A stretch of DNA of 64,000 nt from an uncultured Poribacteria bacterium (GTDB lineage: Bacteria; Poribacteria; WGA-4E; WGA-3G). Position numbers and translations under genes: made by a program. Location of the stretch: assembly GCA_951828515.1 (NCBI GenBank), contig OX639992.1:1826008-1890007 (forward strand). Reading direction: 5' to 3'. Shown here piece by piece: positions 48,629-56,828 of the stretch. Each line of letters opens with the position of its first letter. Within the stretch, counting starts at the first letter, position 1. The notes under the pieces were generated by a model. That model was not told the DNA's origin. It searched no databases and saw nothing but the letters and a program-made list of their open reading frames with translations.

Positions 48629-49483
48629 ATGTTTAAAAATTTGAGTACCGGTGCGATCAGCATCCGGGCAAATATGACAGAAGGTTTAGCGTTAGCAAAA
48701 AATTCCGGTTTTGAAGGTCTCGACCTGAACATTGACGAAGCCAACCAACTCGCCCAGGAACACTCCGTCCAACACGTCAAAGACCTCTGGTCAGAAGCAG
48801 GTATCGCTATGGGCGGATGGGGGTTCGGTGTGAACTGGCGTGGTCCTGATGCTGATTACGATGCTGGTTTAGCACAATTGCCCGAACGCGCAGCACTTGC
48901 CGCAGAGTTGGGTTGCTATCGGACAACCACTGTTGTCGGACCTGCCTCCAATGACATGACCTTTCAGGAGAATTGGGATTTCTCTGTGAAACGGCTGCGT
49001 CCTATTGCCGAGATTCTTAAAGAACACGGGCATTCAATCGGGCTTGAATTCATCGGACCGGCAACGAGTCGCAAAGGTTCTAAGTACCTCTTCGCCTATT
49101 CGATGGATGCGATGTTAGGGCTTGCCGCCGCTGTCGGTACAGGAAACGTTGGACTGCTGTTCGATACATGGCACTGGTACACCTGTCGTTCCACGACCGA
49201 CGATGTTCGCAAACTCTCTGTATCGGATGTTGTTTACGTCCACATTAACGACGCGCCTGCTGGTATTGACCCGTATGACCAGATTGACAATATCAGGTGT
49301 CTTCCCGCCGAAACCGGGGTCATCCCGCTCACTGAGCTGATGCACATCCTGACGGAGATCGGCTATGAAGGACCTGTGACACCGGAACCGTTCAGTCAAA
49401 AGGTGGCAAGCATGGAACCCGCAGACGCAGCGAAAGCCACTGCGGAATCGTTGGATCAGGTGTGGGAAAACGCGGGGCTATAA
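48629..49483 (+). CDS. sugar phosphate isomerase/epimerase (xylose isomerase-like TIM barrel)
   Basis: GFEGLDL ... GLEFIGP ... FDTWHW ... VHINDA pattern of AP-endonuclease-2/xylose-isomerase-like TIM barrels. AGGAGA RBS. Confidence 0.7.
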   Translation: MFKNLSTGAISIRANMTEGLALAKNSGFEGLDLNIDEANQLAQEHSVQHVKDLWSEAGIAMGGWGFGVNWRGPDADYDAGLAQLPERAALAAELGCYRTTTVVGPASNDMTFQENWDFSVKRLRPIAEILKEHGHSIGLEFIGPATSRKGSKYLFAYSMDAMLGLAAAVGTGNVGLLFDTWHWYTCRSTTDDVRKLSVSDVVYVHINDAPAGIDPYDQIDNIRCLPAETGVIPLTELMHILTEIGYEGPVTPEPFSQKVASMEPADAAKATAESLDQVWENAGL

Positions 49484-49551
49484 GTGTTCTGTCTACCATA
49501 GGCGCGCTGCATGAAGATTCAGAATTTAATTCGATTATGTGGTGCGTCCAT

Positions 49552-49595
49552 TGTCTGAATCAGGATTTGCAGGATTCAAGGATTTACAGGATTAT
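49552..49595 (+). promoter_or_regulatory. CAGGATT-array repeat copy 3, intergenic upstream of RraA-like gene
   Basis: Same element, in the same orientation. Confidence 0.4.
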
Positions 49596-49674
49596 GGGTG
49601 CCTCTCATTTGAAAATCATCCTTCGATGGTTACCAATGGAGCAGATTTTACTAAGTACAGGAGTGTGACTTAAC

Positions 49675-50481
49675 GTGCAACTTATCCACAAAGAGAGCAT
49701 CCTCGCGATGACCCACTTATGGGAAGGCGACCGATTCCCTGATGGGCGCCCGCGCGTCTCGGACGATATTATTCAGCGGATGAAGGCTATCAGTATCGAG
49801 CAGGCGTGGGGTGTCCTGCACGGCAACGACTATAAGTTTCAATTTGCTGGCGACTGGATGAATCTTCATCCGGATCGGATTCTTGTCGGTAGAGCGGTGA
49901 CGTGCGCTTTTGTGCCGATCCGTCCTGACTTCAACGATGCGATTTCTGCCCAAGGCGAAAAAGAAGGATGTGTCGGCGGTCAAAACTCATGGGTAATCGA
50001 TACGCTCGTCCGCGATGATGTCATCGTTGTTGATCTCTTCGGCAAAGTGAAAGATGGGACTTTCGCCGGGGACAATCTCGGCAACTCCATCTATGCGAAA
50101 ACACGGACAGGAATGGTAATCGACGGTGGTATCCGGGATCTGGATGGTATCTACGAATTGCCAGATTTTGCTACGTTCGTGCGCGGTGTAGATCCGACAG
50201 GTATTGCGAACGTCACACTCACGGGCATCAACATTCCCATCCGCATTGCGGAAGCGACAGTTTTACCGGGAGACGTGGTTTTAGGGAGACGTGGTGGAGT
50301 CATCTTTATTCCACCACACTTCGCACAACAGGTCGTTGAACAAGGCGAGGAGGTGGCTCTCCGAGATCGGTTCGGGCATCAACGGCTACGCGAAGGTGTG
50401 TACACGCCAGGCGAAATAGATAGGAAATGGTCTGAGGAAATCGAGGCAGACTTTGCGAAATGGCGTGAGGATCAGAAATAA
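49675..50481 (+). CDS. RraA-like protein (RraA/4-hydroxy-4-methyl-2-oxoglutarate aldolase family)
   Basis: VVDLFG...AGDNLGNS...GMVIDGGIRD matches the RraA/DlpA signature (D..G....a..G......A...G..G.ViDG.iRD). GTG start with a GGAG RBS; an alternative ATG is at 49708. Confidence 0.55.
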   Translation: MQLIHKESILAMTHLWEGDRFPDGRPRVSDDIIQRMKAISIEQAWGVLHGNDYKFQFAGDWMNLHPDRILVGRAVTCAFVPIRPDFNDAISAQGEKEGCVGGQNSWVIDTLVRDDVIVVDLFGKVKDGTFAGDNLGNSIYAKTRTGMVIDGGIRDLDGIYELPDFATFVRGVDPTGIANVTLTGINIPIRIAEATVLPGDVVLGRRGGVIFIPPHFAQQVVEQGEEVALRDRFGHQRLREGVYTPGEIDRKWSEEIEADFAKWREDQK

Positions 50482-50565
50482 AAGCTCCGCACGCCGCAAT
50501 TCAGATTGACGACAACGCAGACTCCTGCTAAAATTAAGAGAAACCCACAGACACGGAGGGGACGC

Positions 50566-51393
50566 ATGAAACCTCTTAACGACTTCGCTCTCAAACAACG
50601 AAAATATCTGCCGACCTTCACAAAAGCCACCGGAAAACCTACCGTTTACATACCAGGCTACCCGTATGAGGACGAGCACCCTATACCCGCAACCGGATTC
50701 CACGGAGAACAGATCAACATCTTGTATGAACAACTCTCCAGTTATTTCGCAACGCACACCCATATCTATATCGGCGTTGACAACTTCATCTATTACCGTG
50801 AAGGCGATACCACGAAGAGCGTCGCACCCGATATTTATGTCGTCTTAGGCGCAGCAAAATTTCCACTCCGCAGGAGTTTCTACACTTGGGCAGAAGGTGC
50901 GGTGCCAACGGTGCTTTTTGAGTTTTTGTCGGATTCGACAGCCGATGAGGATCGAGAAGAAAAGGTACAGATATATCTACGGGATATAGGGGCACAAGAG
51001 TATTTCATCCATCAACCCGAGATGGAGAAACCTGCAGAGTTTCGCGGGTGGCGGCGGGACCCCTCAGGCGCGATTGTTGAGATGCCCGCGGATGCACAGG
51101 GAGATTTATTTAGCGAGTCCTTAAATTTGTCGTTCCGGTGGACAGATCAACATCATAGCCATGTCCGGTTGTTACGTCCTTATCTGCCGGATGGCACTCC
51201 GATCACGACTGCTATAGAAGAGCGGAACCTTCGCGCAGCAGCGAAACTGCGTGCGGAAGAAGCAGAAGTCCGTGCGGAAGAAGCAGAAGTCCGTGCGGAA
51301 GAAGCAGAAGTCCGTGCGGCAGCAGAAGCGCGCCGACGGCAGGCATTAGAACTTGAGTTGGAACACCTTCGCCGCCGACTCACAGACCGATAA
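50566..51393 (+). CDS. Uma2 family endonuclease (DUF820) with C-terminal heptad tandem repeat (RAEEAEV x3)
   Basis: PDIYVVLG...PTVLFEFLSDST is the Uma2 core. A GGAGG RBS lies 7 nt upstream of the ATG at 50566. The C-terminus is coiled-coil-like and encoded by a 21-bp x3 tandem repeat. Confidence 0.7.
   Translation: MKPLNDFALKQRKYLPTFTKATGKPTVYIPGYPYEDEHPIPATGFHGEQINILYEQLSSYFATHTHIYIGVDNFIYYREGDTTKSVAPDIYVVLGAAKFPLRRSFYTWAEGAVPTVLFEFLSDSTADEDREEKVQIYLRDIGAQEYFIHQPEMEKPAEFRGWRRDPSGAIVEMPADAQGDLFSESLNLSFRWTDQHHSHVRLLRPYLPDGTPITTAIEERNLRAAAKLRAEEAEVRAEEAEVRAEEAEVRAAAEARRRQALELELEHLRRRLTDR
51250..51330 (+). repeat. in-frame 21-bp tandem repeat (CGTGCGGAAGAAGCAGAAGTC x3 + partial) inside Uma2 gene
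   Basis: Encodes RAEEAEV x3. Confidence 0.7.
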
Positions 51394-51711
51394 CAGAGAA
51401 AACACGTCACTGGCCAAGCGATCAACCTCGCCCACTGCTGCGCTTTGACCGATATTCTGTTTTATGCGTCCATCCTAACAAAAACTTTACAGACCCTTTG
51501 AAAATATTTGACATTTAAACGGAAAATGTAGTATGATTGGGCTTTGGTTCCTGTAAAAAGCATGTGCGATTGTTTTTAATGAAAGTAATGACCATGCGGG
51601 TTTTACTTTTTCATTAGCACTCAATTTTTACATGAGCTAATTCGGTATTTTGTTATTTTTGATTATAGATCGGCAAACTACACTATAGACTCAGAATCCA
51701 CAGGAAGCCCT

Positions 51712-52302
51712 ATGACACCTGAAGGGATAGTCGTTGCGGCGGTTGAGCAATATTTTTCGCAGCCCAAATTCCAAAAATTCTCTACAAAACAAGAATATCA
51801 AATTAAGATGGGCTCTGATAAACGCAGAGCAGACGTTGTGCTTATGAATAGCAAAGGCGATCTTGCGGCTATTGCAGAATGCAAGCGTCAGGGGGTAGAG
51901 GGAGATGGAATCGATCAATTGAAGTCTTATCTCAGTGCAACGGACACATCTTTAGGGATATTCGCGAATAGTACGGAACCCGATTCATGGAATTTCTACG
52001 AAAATCTAGGGAGAAACCGATTTAGAGAGATAACGACACATTCTGAGTTTGAAAAACAGGTTGTAAAAGGTGGAGATAACTTTGTAACTCGCGCATTAGA
52101 TTTTTTTAGACAGTTTCTGCGACCTAAACCTGGCAACATCAAGAGTGATGACAGGAAACCTACCGGCATAGAAATAGATGAAGAGTCCGCGGAACCAATT
52201 CCCCCGGTAATATCCCCAAAACGACACATTGACTCTATAATTCCCAAGGACAGACCTTTGCAAAAACGTGAGTTTGATAAAGGAGACGGATTTTATTATT
52301 AA
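51712..52302 (+). CDS. PD-(D/E)xK nuclease-fold protein (type I restriction enzyme R N-terminal domain-like)
   Basis: RADVVLMNSKGDLAAIAECK gives D...E.K spacing typical of HsdR_N/Mrr-like PD-(D/E)xK nucleases; 196 aa with an AGGAAG RBS. Confidence 0.5.
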   Translation: MTPEGIVVAAVEQYFSQPKFQKFSTKQEYQIKMGSDKRRADVVLMNSKGDLAAIAECKRQGVEGDGIDQLKSYLSATDTSLGIFANSTEPDSWNFYENLGRNRFREITTHSEFEKQVVKGGDNFVTRALDFFRQFLRPKPGNIKSDDRKPTGIEIDEESAEPIPPVISPKRHIDSIIPKDRPLQKREFDKGDGFYY

Positions 52303-52958
52303 ACTCACGTTGATTTAGGGATTTGTATATGTACCGCGATCCATCAGCGAAAGGCATGGATGAGGTAAATAATCGACTCAGTGAGGACATAATAACACTA
52401 CGCACAATGGACAGACAACGGAAACAGACAATCGCGTAGCAACAGCAAAACAGAGATGATGGTTGCCGCGATAAAATCATCGGGTACGCAATTATTGGTA
52501 TTATTGGTATTATTTTCGCACTGATAGGTGCCTTGTCGGAAGGGTGTTAAAAAAATAATCCCTGTCCTATCGTCGCAAAACTACAGCCTGCTATCCTGAT
52601 TCCAGCAACAAATGCTGACGAACAAAAAATCCGAGAAACCCGTGGCATCCGCGTCAATCCGCGATTCAGACGGATACCTCTCGCCGTAAAGCAAAATAAT
52701 TACACACCCAGAACTCCACAAACTAACACGTTTATGCTACAAAGAGGCCCTGTGAATTCTAACATTCACTAAAAAAATTGCCTCGTAGAGCAACAGGTCG
52801 GGAATCGGAGTTCCCTCCTACAGACGAACTAATCGCTCTGGGCATTTTCAACGGCTTGTGGAAGGATTATCAAGGGGTACCTGAAGGGTTGATTTAGAAA
52901 AGTATTTTGAAAATGTGATTCCAGTAGAAACGAGTAGCGGAAAAAGATGTTGCAACTT

Positions 52959-53366
52959 TTAGAAGAGTTTTGCTTTTTTATTTCCCCATTTTGGATCAAC
53001 TGAAGGTGCACAAAGACAGTCGCGATTGTGTTCCAAAGCCGCTGCCTCACGGTAATGACCACCATTTTCCAATTCGCGTATTTTCTGATTATAGTGCTCA
53101 AGCACGCGTTGGTATACTTCCTCTGCAGTCAAACCATCAGCAAACGCCCGATCTATTTCAGAATCGCAGTCAAAAAAAGCGTCGGAAATACGCATCAAAA
53201 CGATGAAGTCCTCATTGTATCCAAAGTAGGCAAGGCACCCATGGGTCCCAAAGTCAGGTCCGAGTTTAGCAGCAGTTTGACAAGCAAAAAAATGAACAAC
53301 CTTGCTATCTGATTCCTCAGATTGATAACTCCCTATATCAAAAATAGAGTTGCAATGTTCTCCCAT
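52959..53366 (-). CDS. hypothetical protein
   Basis: 135 aa ORF with no RBS and no recognisable motif. Coding status uncertain. Confidence 0.25.
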   Translation of the reverse strand: MGEHCNSIFDIGSYQSEESDSKVVHFFACQTAAKLGPDFGTHGCLAYFGYNEDFIVLMRISDAFFDCDSEIDRAFADGLTAEEVYQRVLEHYNQKIRELENGGHYREAAALEHNRDCLCAPSVDPKWGNKKAKLF

Positions 53367-53574
53367 ATAGAAGGGACAAGCAGTGAAATGGAACTTGTGT
53401 TGGTTCTCCTTCTACCACTTCTCGTAAAGAAATCCATTGACCATCGGAAGTTATAGCCACTGGACGACTCCAATGGTCTTCGTGAGGCATTGGTGCGTTA
53501 TTCGCCATGAGTGTCTCCTTAAGGAATCAGAACCCAAACTATTTTTTTTAAACTGGTTGATATTTCTAAGTATC

Positions 53575-53694
53575 AGGACTTACGCAAAATTGGCTTTCAT
53601 GCCAAAATTGAGGGGATATTCCCGAAGAGAGCGCAATGAATTGCGCTACTACGAACCAAAGACCGCACGAAAACGGGTCAACTGCGTAAGTCCT
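53575..53694. mobile_element. MITE-like element, second near-identical copy (TIR AGGACTTACGCA)
   Basis: It shares ~95% identity over 120 bp with 29660..29779 and has the same TIRs. Confidence 0.7.
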
Positions 53695-53867
53695 AAAGTA
53701 TTATACGATAAAACGAAATAAAAGTCGAAAATAGGACTGGGTGCCACTATGTGAAAAATTTGACTTTTCGTAGTGTATATGTTATACTTTAAAATGAAAT
53801 TTTTCAGGCAGCTACACTTAAGATAGGGTTGTAGAAGCGGTATTGTGCGTTGTTATCTGGATGAAAA

Positions 53868-54818
53868 ATGAGAATCGCCAAAAATCTGACAGACCTCATC
53901 GGGAATACGCCAACGATCCGCCTGAACGCCTTGCCCAGCAAGGACGATGCGACTATTTTCGCGAAACTGGAAGCCTACAACCCGGGTGGCAGTATCAAGG
54001 ACAGGATTAGTTATGCGATGGTCGTTGATGCCGAAGAACGCGGTATCCTTAGAAAAGGGGATACCATCGTTGAACCTACAGCGGGTAACACAGGCTTAGG
54101 GCTTTCTATCGTCGGTATCGCGAGAGGTTATCCTGTCACTTTGACGATGCCAGAAAACGTCAGTCGTGAGAAATACGAACTCCTTTCCGCCTTCGGTGCG
54201 AAAATTGTGCTAACACCAGAACACGGTGGTATGGCAAGTGCCATTTGGGAGGCAGAAGAGATTGTCAGACGACACTCGCGGCATTATATGCCGAACCAGT
54301 TCACAAACTCTGCGAATCCAGAAATCCACCGGCGCACGACTGCAGTCGAAATTCTTAAAGCAATCGGTAGCGACATCGATTTTTTCGTTACTGGGGTTGG
54401 AACAGGTGGTACATTGACAGGCGTTGGGGAAGTGTTGAAAACAGAATGCCCCGATGTGAAAGTTGTCGCAGTGGAACCGCGGGTTTCAGCCGTGCTTTCC
54501 GGGGGTCCCCCGAATCCGACGCGAATTGATGGTCTCGGTGCGGGAATGATCCCCGAAGTGCTCAATGTAGATGTGATTGATGAAGTCATCACGGTCTCCG
54601 AAGAAAAAGCCTATCAAATGATGAAATCAATTTCAACAAGCGAAGGTTTGTTAGTCGGTATGTCGTCGGGTGCGAATGTGTACGCTGCCTTAGAGGTTGC
54701 AAAAGACCAAGGACCGGATAAAACTGTCGTTACAATTCTCCCCGACACAGGGGAACGTTATTTCAGTTTGAGTCGTTACTTTGAAATCGAATCGGACATC
54801 ATGGAGGCACTCCCTTAA
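53868..54818 (+). CDS. cysM: cysteine synthase (O-acetylserine/O-phosphoserine sulfhydrylase, CysK/CysM family)
   Basis: PLP-lysine motif SIKDRISYAM and glycine loop GVGTGGTLTG. 316 aa. Sits next to cysH, cysO-like and mec-like genes. Confidence 0.85.
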   Translation: MRIAKNLTDLIGNTPTIRLNALPSKDDATIFAKLEAYNPGGSIKDRISYAMVVDAEERGILRKGDTIVEPTAGNTGLGLSIVGIARGYPVTLTMPENVSREKYELLSAFGAKIVLTPEHGGMASAIWEAEEIVRRHSRHYMPNQFTNSANPEIHRRTTAVEILKAIGSDIDFFVTGVGTGGTLTGVGEVLKTECPDVKVVAVEPRVSAVLSGGPPNPTRIDGLGAGMIPEVLNVDVIDEVITVSEEKAYQMMKSISTSEGLLVGMSSGANVYAALEVAKDQGPDKTVVTILPDTGERYFSLSRYFEIESDIMEALP

Positions 54819-54842
54819 AGTGTCCTGTATGGGAAACCAAGT

Positions 54843-55011
54843 GGAGTCTGCCTACTCTATGCTGTGGACGGCAGAGCGGAGTCTGCCTACTACTATGCTG
54901 TGGACGGAAACCGAACGGAGTCTGCCTACTACTATGCTGTGAACGGAAACCGAACGGAGTCTGCCTACTACTATGCTGTGAACGGCAGAACGGAGTCTGC
55001 CTACTACTATG
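54843..55011 (+). repeat. tandem repeat, 5 units of GGAGTCTGCCTACTACTATG(CTGTGGACGG + 6-9 nt); last unit provides the RBS and ATG of cysH
   Basis: Five copies of a ~28-bp core with 6-9-bp variable joints, read directly from the sequence. Confidence 0.7.
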
Positions 55012-55776
55012 AAGCCAATTGACGAAGAATTGACGTATTCAGTAGATCATGCTCTCTGTCAAGAAATTGTCTTGACGGAGGCTCCTCAAGAAATTCTTTT
55101 CTCTCTGTTTAAGCGGTTCAAAGCGCGCGCCGCAATTGTCACAAGCGGGCAACTATCGGGCATGGTACTGCTCCACCTGGCTGCCGAAAACCAATTGCCG
55201 TTTCGGGTCTGTACGCTTGATACACTTCGACTTTTTCCTGAGACCTATACCTTCCTTGAACAGGTGGAATCGCGCTACGGTATCCAGATCGAACAGATTC
55301 AGCCTGACCCACAAGAAGTACAGCAGATGGTGACAGAGCACGGCGAACACCTGTTTTTTGACAGCAAAGCGAAACAGGAATACTGTTGTAACATCCGAAA
55401 AGTTCGTCCGATGCAACGGCTCCTGGAAACGTTGGATGTTTGGATAACGGGTTTACGACACGACCAATCGGATGCGAGACAACAACTCCGAAAGGCAGAA
55501 ATCATATCTTCAACGACACATCCTGTGCTCAAGGTCAGTCCGCTTCTTCAGTGGACAACTGACGAGGTGTGGCAATTTGTTCGTGAAAACGAAATTCCTG
55601 TGAATCCGTTGCTTGAAGCAGATGACCGTGGTCATTATTATGAATCGCTTGGGTGCATCATCTGCACAACATCCATAAAACCCGGAGAACCGAAACGAGC
55701 AGGACGGTGGCGTTGGCAGAACGCCCCCTCTTCAGAAGAAAATACCAAAGAGTGTGGATTACACTACTCGATTTAA
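55009..55776 (+). CDS. cysH: phosphoadenosine/adenosine phosphosulfate reductase (CysH family)
   Basis: PAPS-reductase fold with C-terminal redox motif KECGLH (ECGLH signature). Its start codon lies inside the last unit of a 5x tandem repeat. Confidence 0.8.
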   Translation: MKPIDEELTYSVDHALCQEIVLTEAPQEILFSLFKRFKARAAIVTSGQLSGMVLLHLAAENQLPFRVCTLDTLRLFPETYTFLEQVESRYGIQIEQIQPDPQEVQQMVTEHGEHLFFDSKAKQEYCCNIRKVRPMQRLLETLDVWITGLRHDQSDARQQLRKAEIISSTTHPVLKVSPLLQWTTDEVWQFVRENEIPVNPLLEADDRGHYYESLGCIICTTSIKPGEPKRAGRWRWQNAPSSEENTKECGLHYSI

Positions 55777-55921
55777 TGGCTGTCAGCAAGATGGCTGTCG
55801 GCTGTCAGCCGTCGGAAACCTTTAGTAAAGAGGTTTCCTGATAAAGTAGAGTCTTCTTTCTGACTACTGACCGCTGATGACCGACTGCTAATGGCTAATA
55901 AAAAAGGAGAAAATCTATTTC

Positions 55922-56209
55922 ATGTCTGTAACAGTCCGTATCCCAACCCCGCTGAGACGTTTGACACAAAACTTGGCTGAGGTTGAAGCAGAAGGTGCCA
56001 ATATTGAAGGTATCATCGACAATCTTGAAGTAAACTATCCAGGGATGAAAGAACGTCTCTGTGATGACGGCGGAAATATCCGTCGGTTTGTAAATATCTA
56101 TCTCAACGACGAAGACATCCGCTTCCTCGATGGAAAAGCGACCGCTGTCGAAGATGACGCTGAAATCTCAATTATTCCCGCGATCGCTGGCGGATGCAGT
56201 CTATCTTAA
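55922..56209 (+). CDS. cysO: ThiS/MoaD/CysO-family sulfur carrier protein with C-terminal GG-CSLS extension
   Basis: 95 aa beta-grasp. It ends ...IIPAIAGG followed by 4 extra residues CSLS. AGGAGA RBS. Adjacent to a JAMM protease gene. Confidence 0.7.
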   Translation: MSVTVRIPTPLRRLTQNLAEVEAEGANIEGIIDNLEVNYPGMKERLCDDGGNIRRFVNIYLNDEDIRFLDGKATAVEDDAEISIIPAIAGGCSLS

Positions 56210-56315
56210 TGACTATTGCTTGCCAATGCCAGTAACGGTCAGAGACTCCGATGTATTGGCTGTCAGAGAGATTTTCAGCGTTTCTTTCTGACAGCTGACG
56301 GTTAATTGCTATTCG

Positions 56316-56780
56316 ATGACAACTTTGAAACCAGAAATCCTCAGCGAGATTTGTGACCACGCGAAATTGGAGTTTCCCAATGAATGTTGCGGTATCATTC
56401 TGGGGACTGAAACACAAGTATTTGTTCGGAAATGCCGGAACATACAGAATGAATTGCATCAGGAAGATCCAGACACATATCCGCGCGATGCCCGCACAGC
56501 GTACGTCATACACCCTGACGATTTAATCGCCATTCACAAAGAGTCTGACACACAGCAACGGCAGATTAAGGCGTTCTACCACTCACACCCAAACCACGAG
56601 GCGTACTTCTCCGAAAAAGACAAGGCAGATGCAACCGTATGGGGTGAACCTGCTTATCCGGATGCTACATATTTGGTTATCTCAATTTACGACACCGAAA
56701 TACGCGCGGTGAAGGCTTTCGCATGGGATGAAACAGGGAAAGATTTTATTGAGATCAAGGCACCGTTTGGAGAAACCTAA
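56316..56780 (+). CDS. mec: JAMM/MPN+ metalloprotease (Mec+/QbsD-like, sulfur-carrier C-terminal processing)
   Basis: EFPNECCGIILG (Glu) ... FYHSHPNHEAYFSEKD gives the HxHx7Sx2D JAMM zinc motif; 154 aa. Confidence 0.75.
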   Translation: MTTLKPEILSEICDHAKLEFPNECCGIILGTETQVFVRKCRNIQNELHQEDPDTYPRDARTAYVIHPDDLIAIHKESDTQQRQIKAFYHSHPNHEAYFSEKDKADATVWGEPAYPDATYLVISIYDTEIRAVKAFAWDETGKDFIEIKAPFGET

Positions 56781-56828
56781 TACAGTAGAAGCGATTTCCC
56801 GAACACGACCCTCATTGAGGCGAGAACC

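Noticed and set aside
52320-52500. Two very short plus-strand ORFs (35 aa; 22-aa hydrophobic MMVAAIKSSGTQLLVLLVLFSH) that might be a type I toxin-like small membrane peptide
   Set aside because: There is no RBS, no conserved context and no antisense RNA signature visible. This is too speculative without comparative data.
54843-55011. Tandem direct repeats that could be mistaken for a CRISPR array
   Set aside because: The units are ~28 bp with only 6-9-bp variable joints, not 25-40-bp unique spacers. There are no cas genes nearby. The last unit is the RBS/start of cysH.
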